In this document: in pieces, positions 1 to 9,533 of the stretch | Position numbering within the stretch: the first letter of the stretch is position 1 | Layout of the letters: each line of letters opens with the position of its first letter | Assembly: GCA_964342155.1 (NCBI GenBank) | Contig: CAYFEQ010000003.1 | Location: 27,734-91,733, forward strand | Direction: 5' to 3' | From: an uncultured Ectothiorhodospiraceae bacterium | GTDB taxonomy: Bacteria; Pseudomonadota; Gammaproteobacteria; GCA-002705445; GCA-002716945 | DNA length: 64,000 nt | Made by a program: the position numbers and the translations under genes | The notes under the pieces: generated by a model | Database searches by the model: none | Seen by the model: only the letters and a program-made list of their open reading frames with translations | Told to the model about the DNA's origin: nothing

Positions 1-248
1 TTGAGGCCTGCTTTAACTTGCTGTAATGCTTGGTTTCCAGTTAAAGCTCCAAGCGCATTTATAAAGTCATGACTATTAATATAATCCCATAATTTTTCAG
101 AACCCTGCTTAGCAAGACTATGTTCAATATTCACGCTGCCGCTTAATTTCACTACATCTTCAGCTGAATAATCTCTTTTGACATTTTTCCATCTAGGGTT
201 TGTATCCCAATCCTTGTGTATATCTTTTGCAGATCTAAGTTTTGTCAT
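1..248 (-). CDS. aceA: Isocitrate lyase, N-terminal part (runs off left edge; not in ORF track)
   Basis: My translation from ATG at 248: MTKLRSAKDIHKDWDTNPRWKNVKRDYSAEDVVKLSGSV...INALGALTGNQALQQVKAGL, matching the AceA N-terminus (PRW..I.R.YSAEDVVKL.GS; LGALTG.QA.QQ.KAG); GAGG SD upstream. Confidence 0.93.
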   Translation of the reverse strand, partial: MTKLRSAKDIHKDWDTNPRWKNVKRDYSAEDVVKLSGSVNIEHSLAKQGSEKLWDYINSHDFINALGALTGNQALQQVKAGL

Positions 249-340
249 TATTACCTCTTGGATTCTAATATTTTATTTTGGGGTAGATGATACTATTAGT
301 TCCAATATTTTACAATTTAAATATATAATAAAAGTCATTT

Positions 341-1417
341 ATGAGCACAAAAGACCGAATCATTGTTGGCATGTCAGGTGGAGTTGATTCCTCAGTAACT
401 GCTGCTCTTATTAAAGAGCAAGGACATCAAGTAGCAGGTTTATTCATGAAAAATTGGGAAGAAAATGATAACGGTAAATGTAATTCAAAAAATGACTATG
501 AGGATGCAAAACGTGTCTGTAAAAAACTAAACATTAAGCTCTATAGTATAAATTTTTCAGATATATATTGGGATTTAGTCTTTAAAAAATTTTTAAGCAG
601 ATTAAAATCAGGAATAACTCCTAATCCAGATATCCTATGTAATAAAGAAATTAAATTTAACTATTTTCTCAAATATGGATTATCACTTGGGTTTGATAAA
701 GTAGCTACAGGGCATTATGCAAAATTAAAAACTGAGAAAGATTATATAAGTTTAAATATTCCAAAAGATAAACAAAAAGATCAAACCTATTTTCTATATA
801 TTCTTAATCAAAAGATAATGAAAAAAATATCATTTCCATTAGCTAATATTACAAAAGATGATGTAAAAAGTTATGCAAAATCATTAGATATAAAAATCTA
901 TAATAAAAAAGAGAGTATGGGAATTTGTTTTATTGGTAAAAGAAATTTTTCACATTTTATCAAAGACTATATTTTTAATGCCCCTGGCTATGTAACTAAT
1001 CTATCTGGAACTATACTTGGAAAACATAATGGTCTCTTTAATTATACAATTGGTCAACGTAAAGGCATTAAGATTGGTGGAAGAAAAGATTCGCTATCTA
1101 AACCATGGTTTGTTGCAAAAAAAGATATGGTGAATAATATTCTATTAGTTACACAGAATGAGAAAGATCTCTTATATAAAGGTAAAATAAATCTAAAATC
1201 TGTTAATTGGATATCAGATTCAAAAAAAAGAATTAAATGTTTCGTAAGATTTAGACATGGGGGTAAGCTAATGCCCGCAGAAGTTTATAAAAATGATAAA
1301 ATGTATATGTTATGCCTAGAGAAAAATGAAAGAGCTATAACTCCTGGTCAATCAGCTGTCTTTTATAAAGATAATAAATGCCTTGGTGGAGGAATTATAT
1401 CTAAATTAAATTTATGA
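341..1417 (+). CDS. mnmA: tRNA-specific 2-thiouridylase
   Basis: SGGVDS PP-loop, NPDILCN, KDQTYFL, ESMGICFIG, TIGQRKG, TPGQSAVFY. Confidence 0.97.
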   Translation: MSTKDRIIVGMSGGVDSSVTAALIKEQGHQVAGLFMKNWEENDNGKCNSKNDYEDAKRVCKKLNIKLYSINFSDIYWDLVFKKFLSRLKSGITPNPDILCNKEIKFNYFLKYGLSLGFDKVATGHYAKLKTEKDYISLNIPKDKQKDQTYFLYILNQKIMKKISFPLANITKDDVKSYAKSLDIKIYNKKESMGICFIGKRNFSHFIKDYIFNAPGYVTNLSGTILGKHNGLFNYTIGQRKGIKIGGRKDSLSKPWFVAKKDMVNNILLVTQNEKDLLYKGKINLKSVNWISDSKKRIKCFVRFRHGGKLMPAEVYKNDKMYMLCLEKNERAITPGQSAVFYKDNKCLGGGIISKLNL

Positions 1418-2025
1418 AAAACTTAGAAAATCAAACCATTTCATTAGCTGCGATATATCAATCATGCTTAATCATACAAGAAATTGCTTGGCATGGTAAA
1501 TTCAATAAAGATAATTTAGAAATATTAATTAACGGTATTTTTATCACTAGCCCATCATCTATATATGATGTATATAAAAACATAAAAGAACTCACCTCTG
1601 GACTAAATTTATTAAAACATCAGTTCACTGGTAATAATAAAAATCATGAAATAAATAAGTATTTTGATTCATTGTTAAAACTTTCTAATGGTCTAGAAAA
1701 AAATGAAAAGATAACTCAAGACATACAGCATGAATTAATAGATCTTAAAGATATATTTGATAATAAAGAAATTACCATTGATGATAAATCAACTAAAATC
1801 TCTACTTTATATACTAATACATTAAGTAAAATTGAACCAAGAATTATAATTTCTGGAGATAATAAATATTTAAAAGATCCAATGGTTGCTTCTAAAATAA
1901 GAACATCCCTATTTGTTGGATTGAGATCTATTTTTTTATGGAAAGAATATGGTGGATCAAAAATTAAAAACTTTTTTTTTAAATCAAGGATAGTTAGAGA
2001 AATTGATAGACTTTTAGCTATTTAG
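1414..2025 (+). CDS. hflD: High-frequency lysogenization protein HflD
   Basis: Follows mnmA with ATGA overlap; PRIIISG...L...KIRTSLFVGLRSIFLWKEYGG C-terminal motif. Confidence 0.88.
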   Translation: MKNLENQTISLAAIYQSCLIIQEIAWHGKFNKDNLEILINGIFITSPSSIYDVYKNIKELTSGLNLLKHQFTGNNKNHEINKYFDSLLKLSNGLEKNEKITQDIQHELIDLKDIFDNKEITIDDKSTKISTLYTNTLSKIEPRIIISGDNKYLKDPMVASKIRTSLFVGLRSIFLWKEYGGSKIKNFFFKSRIVREIDRLLAI

Positions 2026-2027
2026 CA

Positions 2028-4616
2028 TTAACTAATCATACTATTAAGTACATAATTCAATATACCTTCATTTTTATAATATTTCCACTCCATGGGAGAA
2101 TCAATTCTTATTTTGACCATAAATGACGCTGGCTTTTTATTAATCAAAGTTTCAATTGTAACTGTGTCAGAATTTTCATTAATTTTGTCTATTGTGAATG
2201 TTGACGTAGCGTCAAGTTTCAATGAATCAAAGTTTTCATTCTCAAGGAATTGAAGAGGCAAAATACCCATTCCAACAAGATTAGAACGATGAATGCGTTC
2301 AAAACTCTCAGCAATAACTGCCTTAACTCCTAAAAGCTTTGTACCTTTTGCCGCCCAATCACGAGAAGATCCACAACCATAATCTTTTCCAGCAAATATT
2401 ATTAAATTACTTTTATTCTTTTTATACTCTTGTGCTGCATCATATATTGTCATTATTTTATTATTCGGTATATATGAAGTATATCCACCAGTTTTTTCTG
2501 GAACTAATTTATTTGATAAACGAACATTAGCAAAAGTTCCACGTTCCATAATCTGATAATTACCTCTTCTTGATCCATAGGAATTAAAATCAATTTCATT
2601 AAACCCTTTATCAACTAAAAAACTACCAGCAGGAGAATTTTTCTTGAAGGATCCTGCTGGAGATATATGGTCAGTAGTGACACTGTCACCTAAAATTACA
2701 AGTGGGTAAGCATTATCTATTATATTGAATTTTTTTTCATTATTATAAACAGTCTCAAAAAATGGAGATGGTTGTATGTAAGTTGATTTTTCTTCCCAAT
2801 TAAAATAATCAGATTCATCAATTTTAATAGCTTTCCAATTTTCATCACCTTCAAATACTCTTTTATAAGAATTCGCAAACATGTCGCTTGTAATTGTCTC
2901 TTTTATAATAGATGTGATTTGATCTGAATCTGGCCAAATATCATCCAAATAAACATTTTTTCCGTTTTTATCTTTTCCTAGTGGTTCAGAAGTAATATCA
3001 ACATTTATTCTTCCCAACAATGAATATGCTATTACCAATATAGGCGATGCTAAGAAATTCATTTTTATTTCAGGATGTATACGGCCTTCAAAATTTCTAT
3101 TTCCAGACAATATTGAGCTAGCAATTAGATTATGTTTTTCAATTGCTTCCGTATATTCTTTTTTTAAAGGACCAGAATTTCCAATACATGTTGTGCATCC
3201 ATAGCCAACAACATTAAAACCTAATAAATCAAAGTATTTAAGCAGTCCTGATTTTTTTAAATAATTAGTAACAACTTTAGATCCAGGAGCTAATGATGTT
3301 TTAACCCAACTTGGCACTTTCAAACCTCTTTCAACTGCTTTCTTAGCAAGAAGTCCTGCTCCTATTATTACATTTGGATTTGATGTATTAGTACAACTTG
3401 TAATTGCGGCAATTAAAATTGCACCATTATCAATTAATGATTTTTCTTGTGTTTTCCCATTTGTTTGTTGTTTAATTTCATTGTTGACCAGTTCTTTTAC
3501 ATCAGTTAAATTTACTCTATCTTGTGGTCTTTTTGGTCCAGAAATACATGCATTAATCTTAGAGATATCTAAATCGATAACGTCTGAATAAATTATTTTA
3601 TTTTCATTATTCATAAATAAACCAACTCTTTTAGAATATTTCTCAACTAACTCAATATGTTCTTTGCTTTTTCCTGTAATTTTTAGATAATCAAGTGTCA
3701 AACTATCAATTGGAAAATAACCGCACGTTGCACCATATTCAGGTGCCATATTTGCAATGGTACATCTATCTGCTATTGATAAATTTTGTAATCCATCACC
3801 AAAGAATTCTACAAATTTACCAACGACATTTTTCTTCCTTAATATTTCAACAATTGTTAATACTAAATCAGTTGCAGTAATAGCCTTTTTGAGTTTGCCA
3901 GTTATTCTGAAACCTATTACTTCTGGTAAAAGCATTGGGATTGGTTGCCCCAGCATTGCAGCTTCAGCTTCTATACCTCCAACCCCCCAACCTAGAACAC
4001 CAAGACCGTTTACCATAGTTGTGTGGGAATCCGTCCCGACAACAGTATCTGGAAATAAAGAATTATTATTATTGAAAATAACTTGAGATATGTGCTCTAT
4101 ATTAATTTGATGAATTATTCCATTATTTGGCGGAACAATTCTTAAATTTTTAAAAGAGCTTTGCCCCCACTTCAATAATCTATATCTTTCTAAATTTCTT
4201 TTATATTCTAATTGAGTATTTAAATCTTTAGCTTTGTCGGTGCCAAAATGATCAACCATAACTGAATGATCAATCACCAAATCCGTTTGGCATTGAGGGT
4301 TTATAGATGATGGATCACCACCAAGTTTTTTTATAGCATCACGCATTGAAGCAAGATCTACTATAGCTGGGACACCAGTAAAATCTTGCATTATTACTCT
4401 ACTTGGTAAAAAGCTTAATTCTGTTTGATTCTTTATATTACCATTCCAATTAATAAAGTTTTCTACTGTACTATTTAAAGAAGATCCAACATTATTTCTA
4501 AGTAGATTTTCTAATAGGACTTTGAGGGAATATGGAAGATGACTAATCTTTAATTTATCAATATCGTGGATAGAAAAACTTTTATTTTGATGAACTAATT
4601 TATCAATACAATCCAT
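2028..4616 (-). CDS. acnA: Aconitate hydratase A
   Basis: RVIMQDFTGVP, VGTDSHT, AAITSCTNTSNP, GYGCTTCIGNSG, TTDHISPAG, YGCGSSRDWAAKG. Confidence 0.97.
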   Translation of the reverse strand: MDCIDKLVHQNKSFSIHDIDKLKISHLPYSLKVLLENLLRNNVGSSLNSTVENFINWNGNIKNQTELSFLPSRVIMQDFTGVPAIVDLASMRDAIKKLGGDPSSINPQCQTDLVIDHSVMVDHFGTDKAKDLNTQLEYKRNLERYRLLKWGQSSFKNLRIVPPNNGIIHQINIEHISQVIFNNNNSLFPDTVVGTDSHTTMVNGLGVLGWGVGGIEAEAAMLGQPIPMLLPEVIGFRITGKLKKAITATDLVLTIVEILRKKNVVGKFVEFFGDGLQNLSIADRCTIANMAPEYGATCGYFPIDSLTLDYLKITGKSKEHIELVEKYSKRVGLFMNNENKIIYSDVIDLDISKINACISGPKRPQDRVNLTDVKELVNNEIKQQTNGKTQEKSLIDNGAILIAAITSCTNTSNPNVIIGAGLLAKKAVERGLKVPSWVKTSLAPGSKVVTNYLKKSGLLKYFDLLGFNVVGYGCTTCIGNSGPLKKEYTEAIEKHNLIASSILSGNRNFEGRIHPEIKMNFLASPILVIAYSLLGRINVDITSEPLGKDKNGKNVYLDDIWPDSDQITSIIKETITSDMFANSYKRVFEGDENWKAIKIDESDYFNWEEKSTYIQPSPFFETVYNNEKKFNIIDNAYPLVILGDSVTTDHISPAGSFKKNSPAGSFLVDKGFNEIDFNSYGSRRGNYQIMERGTFANVRLSNKLVPEKTGGYTSYIPNNKIMTIYDAAQEYKKNKSNLIIFAGKDYGCGSSRDWAAKGTKLLGVKAVIAESFERIHRSNLVGMGILPLQFLENENFDSLKLDATSTFTIDKINENSDTVTIETLINKKPASFMVKIRIDSPMEWKYYKNEGILNYVLNSMIS

Positions 4617-4657
4617 ATTTTCTCCCTATTTGATAATCTCTTTTAAAAATTGGAAAT

Positions 4658-4666
4658 ATTCTAACA
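4658..4666 (-). promoter_or_regulatory. Candidate extended -10 promoter element for acnA
   Basis: TGTTAGAAT (TGnTAnnnT) about 40 nt upstream of the acnA ATG, in the 72-nt gap. Confidence 0.4.
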
Positions 4667-4688
4667 TAAAATAGAAATAAACTTGTAG

Positions 4689-5132
4689 TTATTTTAAAGG
4701 CAACCTCTGTTTAACTCTTTTAAATTTTATACCATAATGATTCTGACTATAATCATTAGTTTTTTCACCTATTAGATTATATCCTTTCTCTATATCTCCA
4801 AACGCTTGTGATAATGTATCATCAAGCTTTTTGCTATAATTTAAAGTATAAAGCCTTGGAGGTAATTGATTATCAAGGTTTTTTATCATTAAAATAAATT
4901 GTTTATCATCATTTTTATAAATAGATATTAACTTAAATTTTTCAGGTATATCTTCAGAAGTTGGGTAACCTAAATTCTTAAAATATTCTAATTGAATGGC
5001 TATAAAAAATAATAGGATCGAAGTAATTAATATTATTTTATTTTTAAAAGCAGTTTGTCTAATAATTAAAAAAATTAAATAACTATAGATAAGAGTTAAA
5101 AATAGTATAATGAATATAACATTGGATAACAT
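4689..5132 (-). CDS. Hypothetical membrane protein (two N-terminal TM helices plus small soluble domain); third gene of the MotA/ExbB-like cassette
   Basis: Two hydrophobic stretches, then LGYPT..IPEKFKL and PRLYTLNYS; 2-nt gap to the upstream gene. Confidence 0.75.
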   Translation of the reverse strand: MLSNVIFIILFLTLIYSYLIFLIIRQTAFKNKIILITSILLFFIAIQLEYFKNLGYPTSEDIPEKFKLISIYKNDDKQFILMIKNLDNQLPPRLYTLNYSKKLDDTLSQAFGDIEKGYNLIGEKTNDYSQNHYGIKFKRVKQRLPLK

Positions 5133-5134
5133 AT

Positions 5135-5746
5135 CTAATAACCTTTAAGCTCATAAGGGGTGAGGATTTTTTTCTGAGTTGGGCGAGAATTAAAGTTACC
5201 TAATTCATCTAAAAAAAATCTAGCCACTGTTATTTCAGCATCCTTTCCTGACAAGATTAGATCATCAAAAAATACTAGTTTTAAAGTTGGATTAACCCTT
5301 TCAATTTTTACTTTAACATCTACTGGTAAATTACTTTTATTTTCATATAAATATAAATTAACAATATATTCTCCAGGAATAATTCCTCTTAATGTTACAA
5401 CCTCTCTATTGAGAGGGTATATAACTTCTTTATTATTAATTAATACTTTATCATTTATTATGCCTTGATCATCTCTGTCAAGATGAAGCCATCCAGCATC
5501 TTTTTTTAAATATGAAACAATTTCACCATTAGGATCTTCAACCCAAATATCTACATCATCTGGAAGATTATCATTCCAATCAACACTGATAATATACTCA
5601 GCTTTAAGGTTGATATTACCAAGCTTAGAAATTGGATTAATAAATAATATAGTGATAAAAAATAAAAATGTAAAACCTAAAAGAACATTAAATAAAAGAT
5701 CAGTGAATGGATCAAAGTTATTGCGTTTATATTTTTTCATTATCAA
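5135..5746 (-). CDS. ExbD/MotB-like single-TM protein with a YfaP/DUF2135-like soluble domain
   Basis: TM helix preceded by Asp (FTDLLFNVLLGF..), then W...DDVDIWVEDPNG...LHLDRDD.G...PGEYIVNLYLY; overlaps the upstream MotA/ExbB-like gene by 20 nt. Confidence 0.7.
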   Translation of the reverse strand: MIMKKYKRNNFDPFTDLLFNVLLGFTFLFFITILFINPISKLGNINLKAEYIISVDWNDNLPDDVDIWVEDPNGEIVSYLKKDAGWLHLDRDDQGIINDKVLINNKEVIYPLNREVVTLRGIIPGEYIVNLYLYENKSNLPVDVKVKIERVNPTLKLVFFDDLILSGKDAEITVARFFLDELGNFNSRPTQKKILTPYELKGY

Positions 5747-6470
5747 AGTTTTTAATTAAAAATGGATAAAGTTCAATAATTTCATTTATCATATTTAAAA
5801 TATTTAATAAATTATCTTCTAAATATTTATATTGTAGTGACAAAAGAATAGATGTAATTAATCCAGATAAAGTTGTATATAATGCAACTTTCATACCGCC
5901 ACTCATTTGTTGCAATAAATTTTGCATCATAGTTAAATCAAAATTTTCTATCAATGTTACTGAATTGAGCATTAAAATAAACCCAATAACAGTACCAACT
6001 AATCCTAGCTTTAATAAAAAATCTGAAATAAACCAGCCGGTCTCTAATATTTTTGTAAATTTATATTCAAAAATAGTTATTAATTCTTTTTTTGATGATT
6101 CGGATGGACTTTCATTATTCATAAATGTATTAAGGTTCTTAAAGTGATTATAGATGATGGTAAGAAAAGGATTATTGGTTGAATTAAAGCTAACTAATTG
6201 TGATTTATTAAACTTTTCCGTGCTAATACATTCATCTTTGAAAATTAAACAAGCCTGGTGAGTTTTTCTTAATTTATAAAGAATATATCCCACATGCCCA
6301 GTAAATAATATAAAAATGATAATTATAATTGGTGAGATGAAACTAACATCATTTTCTATCAAATCATTTATAAAACCAAATTTATAGAAAATAATTAAAA
6401 ATATTGTGAGTGCAACAATAAAAAGAAGCCATCTTATAAAGATAAAATCACTTTCTCTCTTATCTATCAT
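5727..6470 (-). CDS. MotA/TolQ/ExbB proton-channel family protein
   Basis: LGLVGTVIGF and GMKVALYTTLSGL channel helices; two further N-terminal TM segments. Confidence 0.88.
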   Translation of the reverse strand: MIDKRESDFIFIRWLLFIVALTIFLIIFYKFGFINDLIENDVSFISPIIIIIFILFTGHVGYILYKLRKTHQACLIFKDECISTEKFNKSQLVSFNSTNNPFLTIIYNHFKNLNTFMNNESPSESSKKELITIFEYKFTKILETGWFISDFLLKLGLVGTVIGFILMLNSVTLIENFDLTMMQNLLQQMSGGMKVALYTTLSGLITSILLSLQYKYLEDNLLNILNMINEIIELYPFLIKNFDNEKI

Positions 6471-6472
6471 TT

Positions 6473-7855
6473 TTATATAAGTTTCTTTGGATCTAATAAT
6501 TTTACAAGTTGTGATCTTGATAAATTTGTCATCTGTTCTGCTATATCTATTATTGATTTATTAGTCTTATATGCTTCTTTTACAATCTTAGCTGCAAGAT
6601 CATAACCAACAACTTCATTGAGTTTGGTTGCAACAATAGGGTTTCTTTCTAAACTCTTTCTGATATTTTCCTCATTAGCTTTAAATCCTTGTATTGTTGA
6701 AGCCAATGATAAGCATGAGTCAGTAACTATTTCAAAAGATTCTATGATGTTGTGAGCAATTATGGGCAACATAGTATTTAGCTGGAAATTGCTCGACATA
6801 CAAGCCGAAGTAATTGAATTGTTATTGCCTAGCACTCTTGTCATAGCCATAAGTATTGCTTCCGGCATAACTGGATTAATTTTGCCTGGCATTATACTGC
6901 TTCCAGGTTGAAGTGGTTTAAGAGTAATTTCTGCTAAACCCGATGTAGGTCCACTATTCATCCATCGGAGATCATTACAAATTTTTGTAATAGAAGATGA
7001 GATTCTTACTAATGATGCGCTCATAGTTAAAATATGATCCTGAGATGATATCATCTGACCTTTTTCAGATAGAGGTCTAAATTTTATTTTTAAATTTTTA
7101 TAAATCTTATTTAATTCAATGCATACTTTTTTATCAAATCCTTTGGGTGCGTTTAATCCTGTTCCAATTGCAGTTCCACCGATAGGAATGGATAGTATTT
7201 CATCACGAGCAGTATCCATGGTTGAATATGCAGCCTGTAATAACTGTCTCCAAATTTCAATTTCTTGACCAAAGGAGATTGGAACTGCATCCATAAGATG
7301 AGTGCGTCCAGATTTAACAATTTTCTTTAAGTCATTAGATTTTTTTTCCAAAACATAATCTAGATAACCCATGCTATCAACAAGTTCTGCTTCAGCTCTC
7401 ACACAACTAATATTTATTGTTGTTGGTATAACATCATTAGAGCTTTGTGATTTGTTTATATCATCATTTGGATGAACTTTTTGTTTAAGCTTCTTTGAAA
7501 CTAAATTTGCTAAAACTTCGTTCATATTCATATTAATGCTTGTTCCAGAACCTGTTTGATATAATGGTGCTGGAAAATGTTCATAATAATCAGCTATATT
7601 ATTATTAATTTGTGATGCGCATTCATGTATTGCAGATGATAGTTTCTTATTAATAATATTTGATTTGTAGTTGGCAATTGCACAAGCACCTTTTAGCATT
7701 GCTAAAGATTGAATGAAGCTTGGATAAAACCAATCATTGCCTATCTGGAAATTATCAACAGCTCTCTGGGTTTGAGCGCCATACAAAGCATCTTTCGGAA
7801 CTTTTACCTTACCTAAAGAATCTTCTTCAATTCTATATGTAATTTTCTTTTTCAT
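6473..7855 (-). CDS. fumC: Class II fumarate hydratase
   Basis: YGAQTQRA, QTGSGTS.NMN.NEV, GRTHLMDA.P, PGSSIMPGKINP signature. Confidence 0.94.
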   Translation of the reverse strand: MKKKITYRIEEDSLGKVKVPKDALYGAQTQRAVDNFQIGNDWFYPSFIQSLAMLKGACAIANYKSNIINKKLSSAIHECASQINNNIADYYEHFPAPLYQTGSGTSINMNMNEVLANLVSKKLKQKVHPNDDINKSQSSNDVIPTTINISCVRAEAELVDSMGYLDYVLEKKSNDLKKIVKSGRTHLMDAVPISFGQEIEIWRQLLQAAYSTMDTARDEILSIPIGGTAIGTGLNAPKGFDKKVCIELNKIYKNLKIKFRPLSEKGQMISSQDHILTMSASLVRISSSITKICNDLRWMNSGPTSGLAEITLKPLQPGSSIMPGKINPVMPEAILMAMTRVLGNNNSITSACMSSNFQLNTMLPIIAHNIIESFEIVTDSCLSLASTIQGFKANEENIRKSLERNPIVATKLNEVVGYDLAAKIVKEAYKTNKSIIDIAEQMTNLSRSQLVKLLDPKKLI

Positions 7856-7878
7856 GAGAACATTTGCTAGTCTTATAA

Positions 7879-7904
7879 CATAAATGCTTTATTTATGCTA
7901 TAAT
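7879..7904 (+). promoter_or_regulatory. purB extended -10 (TGCTATAAT, 7896-7904) preceded by inverted repeat CATAAAT-N5-ATTTATG in the fumC/purB divergent gap
   Basis: Read directly from sequence; a regulator-binding role for the repeat is inference. Confidence 0.5.
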
Positions 7905-7929
7905 AACATCTTTAGGGTAAATATTAAGT

Positions 7930-9297
7930 ATGAAAAAATATGATTTACTCTCGATCTCGCCGATAGATGGTAGGTATTTTGAAGTTTGTCATGGTATGGC
8001 AGAACATTTTTCAGAGTACGCATTAATTAAAAATAGAGTTCTAGTAGAAGTAAAGTGGCTATTATTCCTATCTAATCAAAAAGAAATTAGGAGTATTCCA
8101 ATACTTAATACTGTATCAAAAAACTTTCTCTTAAAAATACATGATGGTTTTACTATTAAGGATGCAGAAAAAATTAAAAAGCTTGAATCAACAACCAAGC
8201 ATGATGTTAAAGCAGTTGAATACTTTATTAAAAGTAAAATAAAGAAGCACCCTATCTTAAAAAAATATATTGAACACGTTCATATTTGCTGTACTTCAGA
8301 AGATATAAATAATTTATCGTATGCGATGATGATTAATCAAGGAAGATTGCTTCTTAAAAAGAAAATGGATTCATTAAATAAATTAATTTTAAGCTATGTT
8401 AAAAAATATTCAAAAAATGTAATGATTTCCCATACTCATGGTCAAATTGCAACACCTACAACTATGGGAAAAGAGTTTCTTAATTTTTATTCTAGACTAT
8501 CGCTCCTATCAATTGAATTATCAGATATAAATATTTTTGGAAAATTTAATGGAGCAACTGGAAATTATTCTTCACACTCTATTGCATTTCCAAATGTTAA
8601 TTGGCCAAAAGTAAATAAAAGATTTATAGAATCACTAGGTATAAAAGAAAATAAATATACTACCCAAATAGAACCACATGATTACATTTGTAGTATCTCT
8701 AACAAATTATCACATTATAATTCTATTCTAATAGGGTTGTCTCAAGATATTTGGTTCTATATCTCTAAAAACTATTTTGTTCAAAAAAATGTAAAAGGAG
8801 AAATAGGGTCCTCAACTATGCCTCATAAAATTAATCCTATTAATTTTGAAAATGCAGAAGGCAATCTTGGAATTACTAATAGCCTGCTTAGATTCTTTTC
8901 AGAAAAACTTGTAATATCTAGACTGCAGCGAGACTTATCTGACTCTACTGTTCTTAGAAATATTGGGCTGGCATTTAGTTATTCATATCTTGCTTATGAC
9001 AATATGATTGTTGGTTTAAAAAAAATATCTCTAAACAATGATATTCTTGATAAAGATCTTTCAAATTCCTGGGAAATACTTGCTGAACCAATTCAAATGA
9101 TAGCAAGAAAATATAACATCACTAACTCCTATGAAATTTTAAAAAAAGAAACCAGGGGTAAACAAGTCACCCAAGATGTCATTGCGAAAATAATTAATGT
9201 ATTAGATATTCCATTAAGTGAAAAAAAATTATTGTTATCACTAACGCCAAAAAAATATATTGGTTTTTCAATAAAATTATGTAATGACTTCAAATGA
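7930..9297 (+). CDS. purB: Adenylosuccinate lyase
   Basis: ISPIDGRY, HDVKAVEYF, TSEDINN, GSSTMPHKINP, SRLQRDLSDS. Confidence 0.97.
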   Translation: MKKYDLLSISPIDGRYFEVCHGMAEHFSEYALIKNRVLVEVKWLLFLSNQKEIRSIPILNTVSKNFLLKIHDGFTIKDAEKIKKLESTTKHDVKAVEYFIKSKIKKHPILKKYIEHVHICCTSEDINNLSYAMMINQGRLLLKKKMDSLNKLILSYVKKYSKNVMISHTHGQIATPTTMGKEFLNFYSRLSLLSIELSDINIFGKFNGATGNYSSHSIAFPNVNWPKVNKRFIESLGIKENKYTTQIEPHDYICSISNKLSHYNSILIGLSQDIWFYISKNYFVQKNVKGEIGSSTMPHKINPINFENAEGNLGITNSLLRFFSEKLVISRLQRDLSDSTVLRNIGLAFSYSYLAYDNMIVGLKKISLNNDILDKDLSNSWEILAEPIQMIARKYNITNSYEILKKETRGKQVTQDVIAKIINVLDIPLSEKKLLLSLTPKKYIGFSIKLCNDFK

Positions 9298-9532
9298 CAA
9301 TGATATTTATCTAGTATTTATTGAAATTGAAGAAATTCTTGATAATTTCAACATAGAATATGAATCATTAGATAACAGAATTGAGTTCTTTACTGCAAAT
9401 TCTACTCAAATCATAGTTGCTGTCGATAATGGGAATATAATAGTTTTTCGAGAAGATAAAAGTCGTATTTTTACTTTGAATTCAAGTAAGATTGAACTTT
9501 TTAAATTTATTAAAAAATGTATTGAATCCTAA
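9284..9532 (+). CDS. Small acidic hypothetical protein, possibly a degenerate CyaY/frataxin-like fold
   Basis: 82 aa, overlaps purB end; IEEILDN..IEYE...IEF..N.TQIIV pattern resembles CyaY alpha1-beta1-3; the CyaY Q-x-W motif is absent. Confidence 0.55.
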   Translation: MTSNDNDIYLVFIEIEEILDNFNIEYESLDNRIEFFTANSTQIIVAVDNGNIIVFREDKSRIFTLNSSKIELFKFIKKCIES

Positions 9533-9533
9533 A

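Noticed and set aside
178-387. 69-aa plus-strand ORF
   Set aside because: Antisense to the aceA 5' end and overlaps the mnmA start; no family motif
1972-1980. Poly-T/poly-A runs of 7-9 nt here and elsewhere as phase-variation tracts
   Set aside because: Expected in AT-rich Lys/Phe codons; all affected frames are intact
2339-4086. Plus-strand ORFs of 61-109 aa inside acnA, and similar short antisense ORFs throughout the track (e.g. 19909-20298, 31738-32109, 38259-38579, 45999-46331)
   Set aside because: Shadow frames of conserved genes, with Ser/Ile/Phe/Pro-rich composition typical of reverse-complement reading; no RBS or motifs
4689-6470. Zorya anti-phage system call for the MotA/ExbB cassette
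   Set aside because: No long ZorA tail, no OmpA-like domain in gene 2, no ZorC/D/E-type effector adjacent
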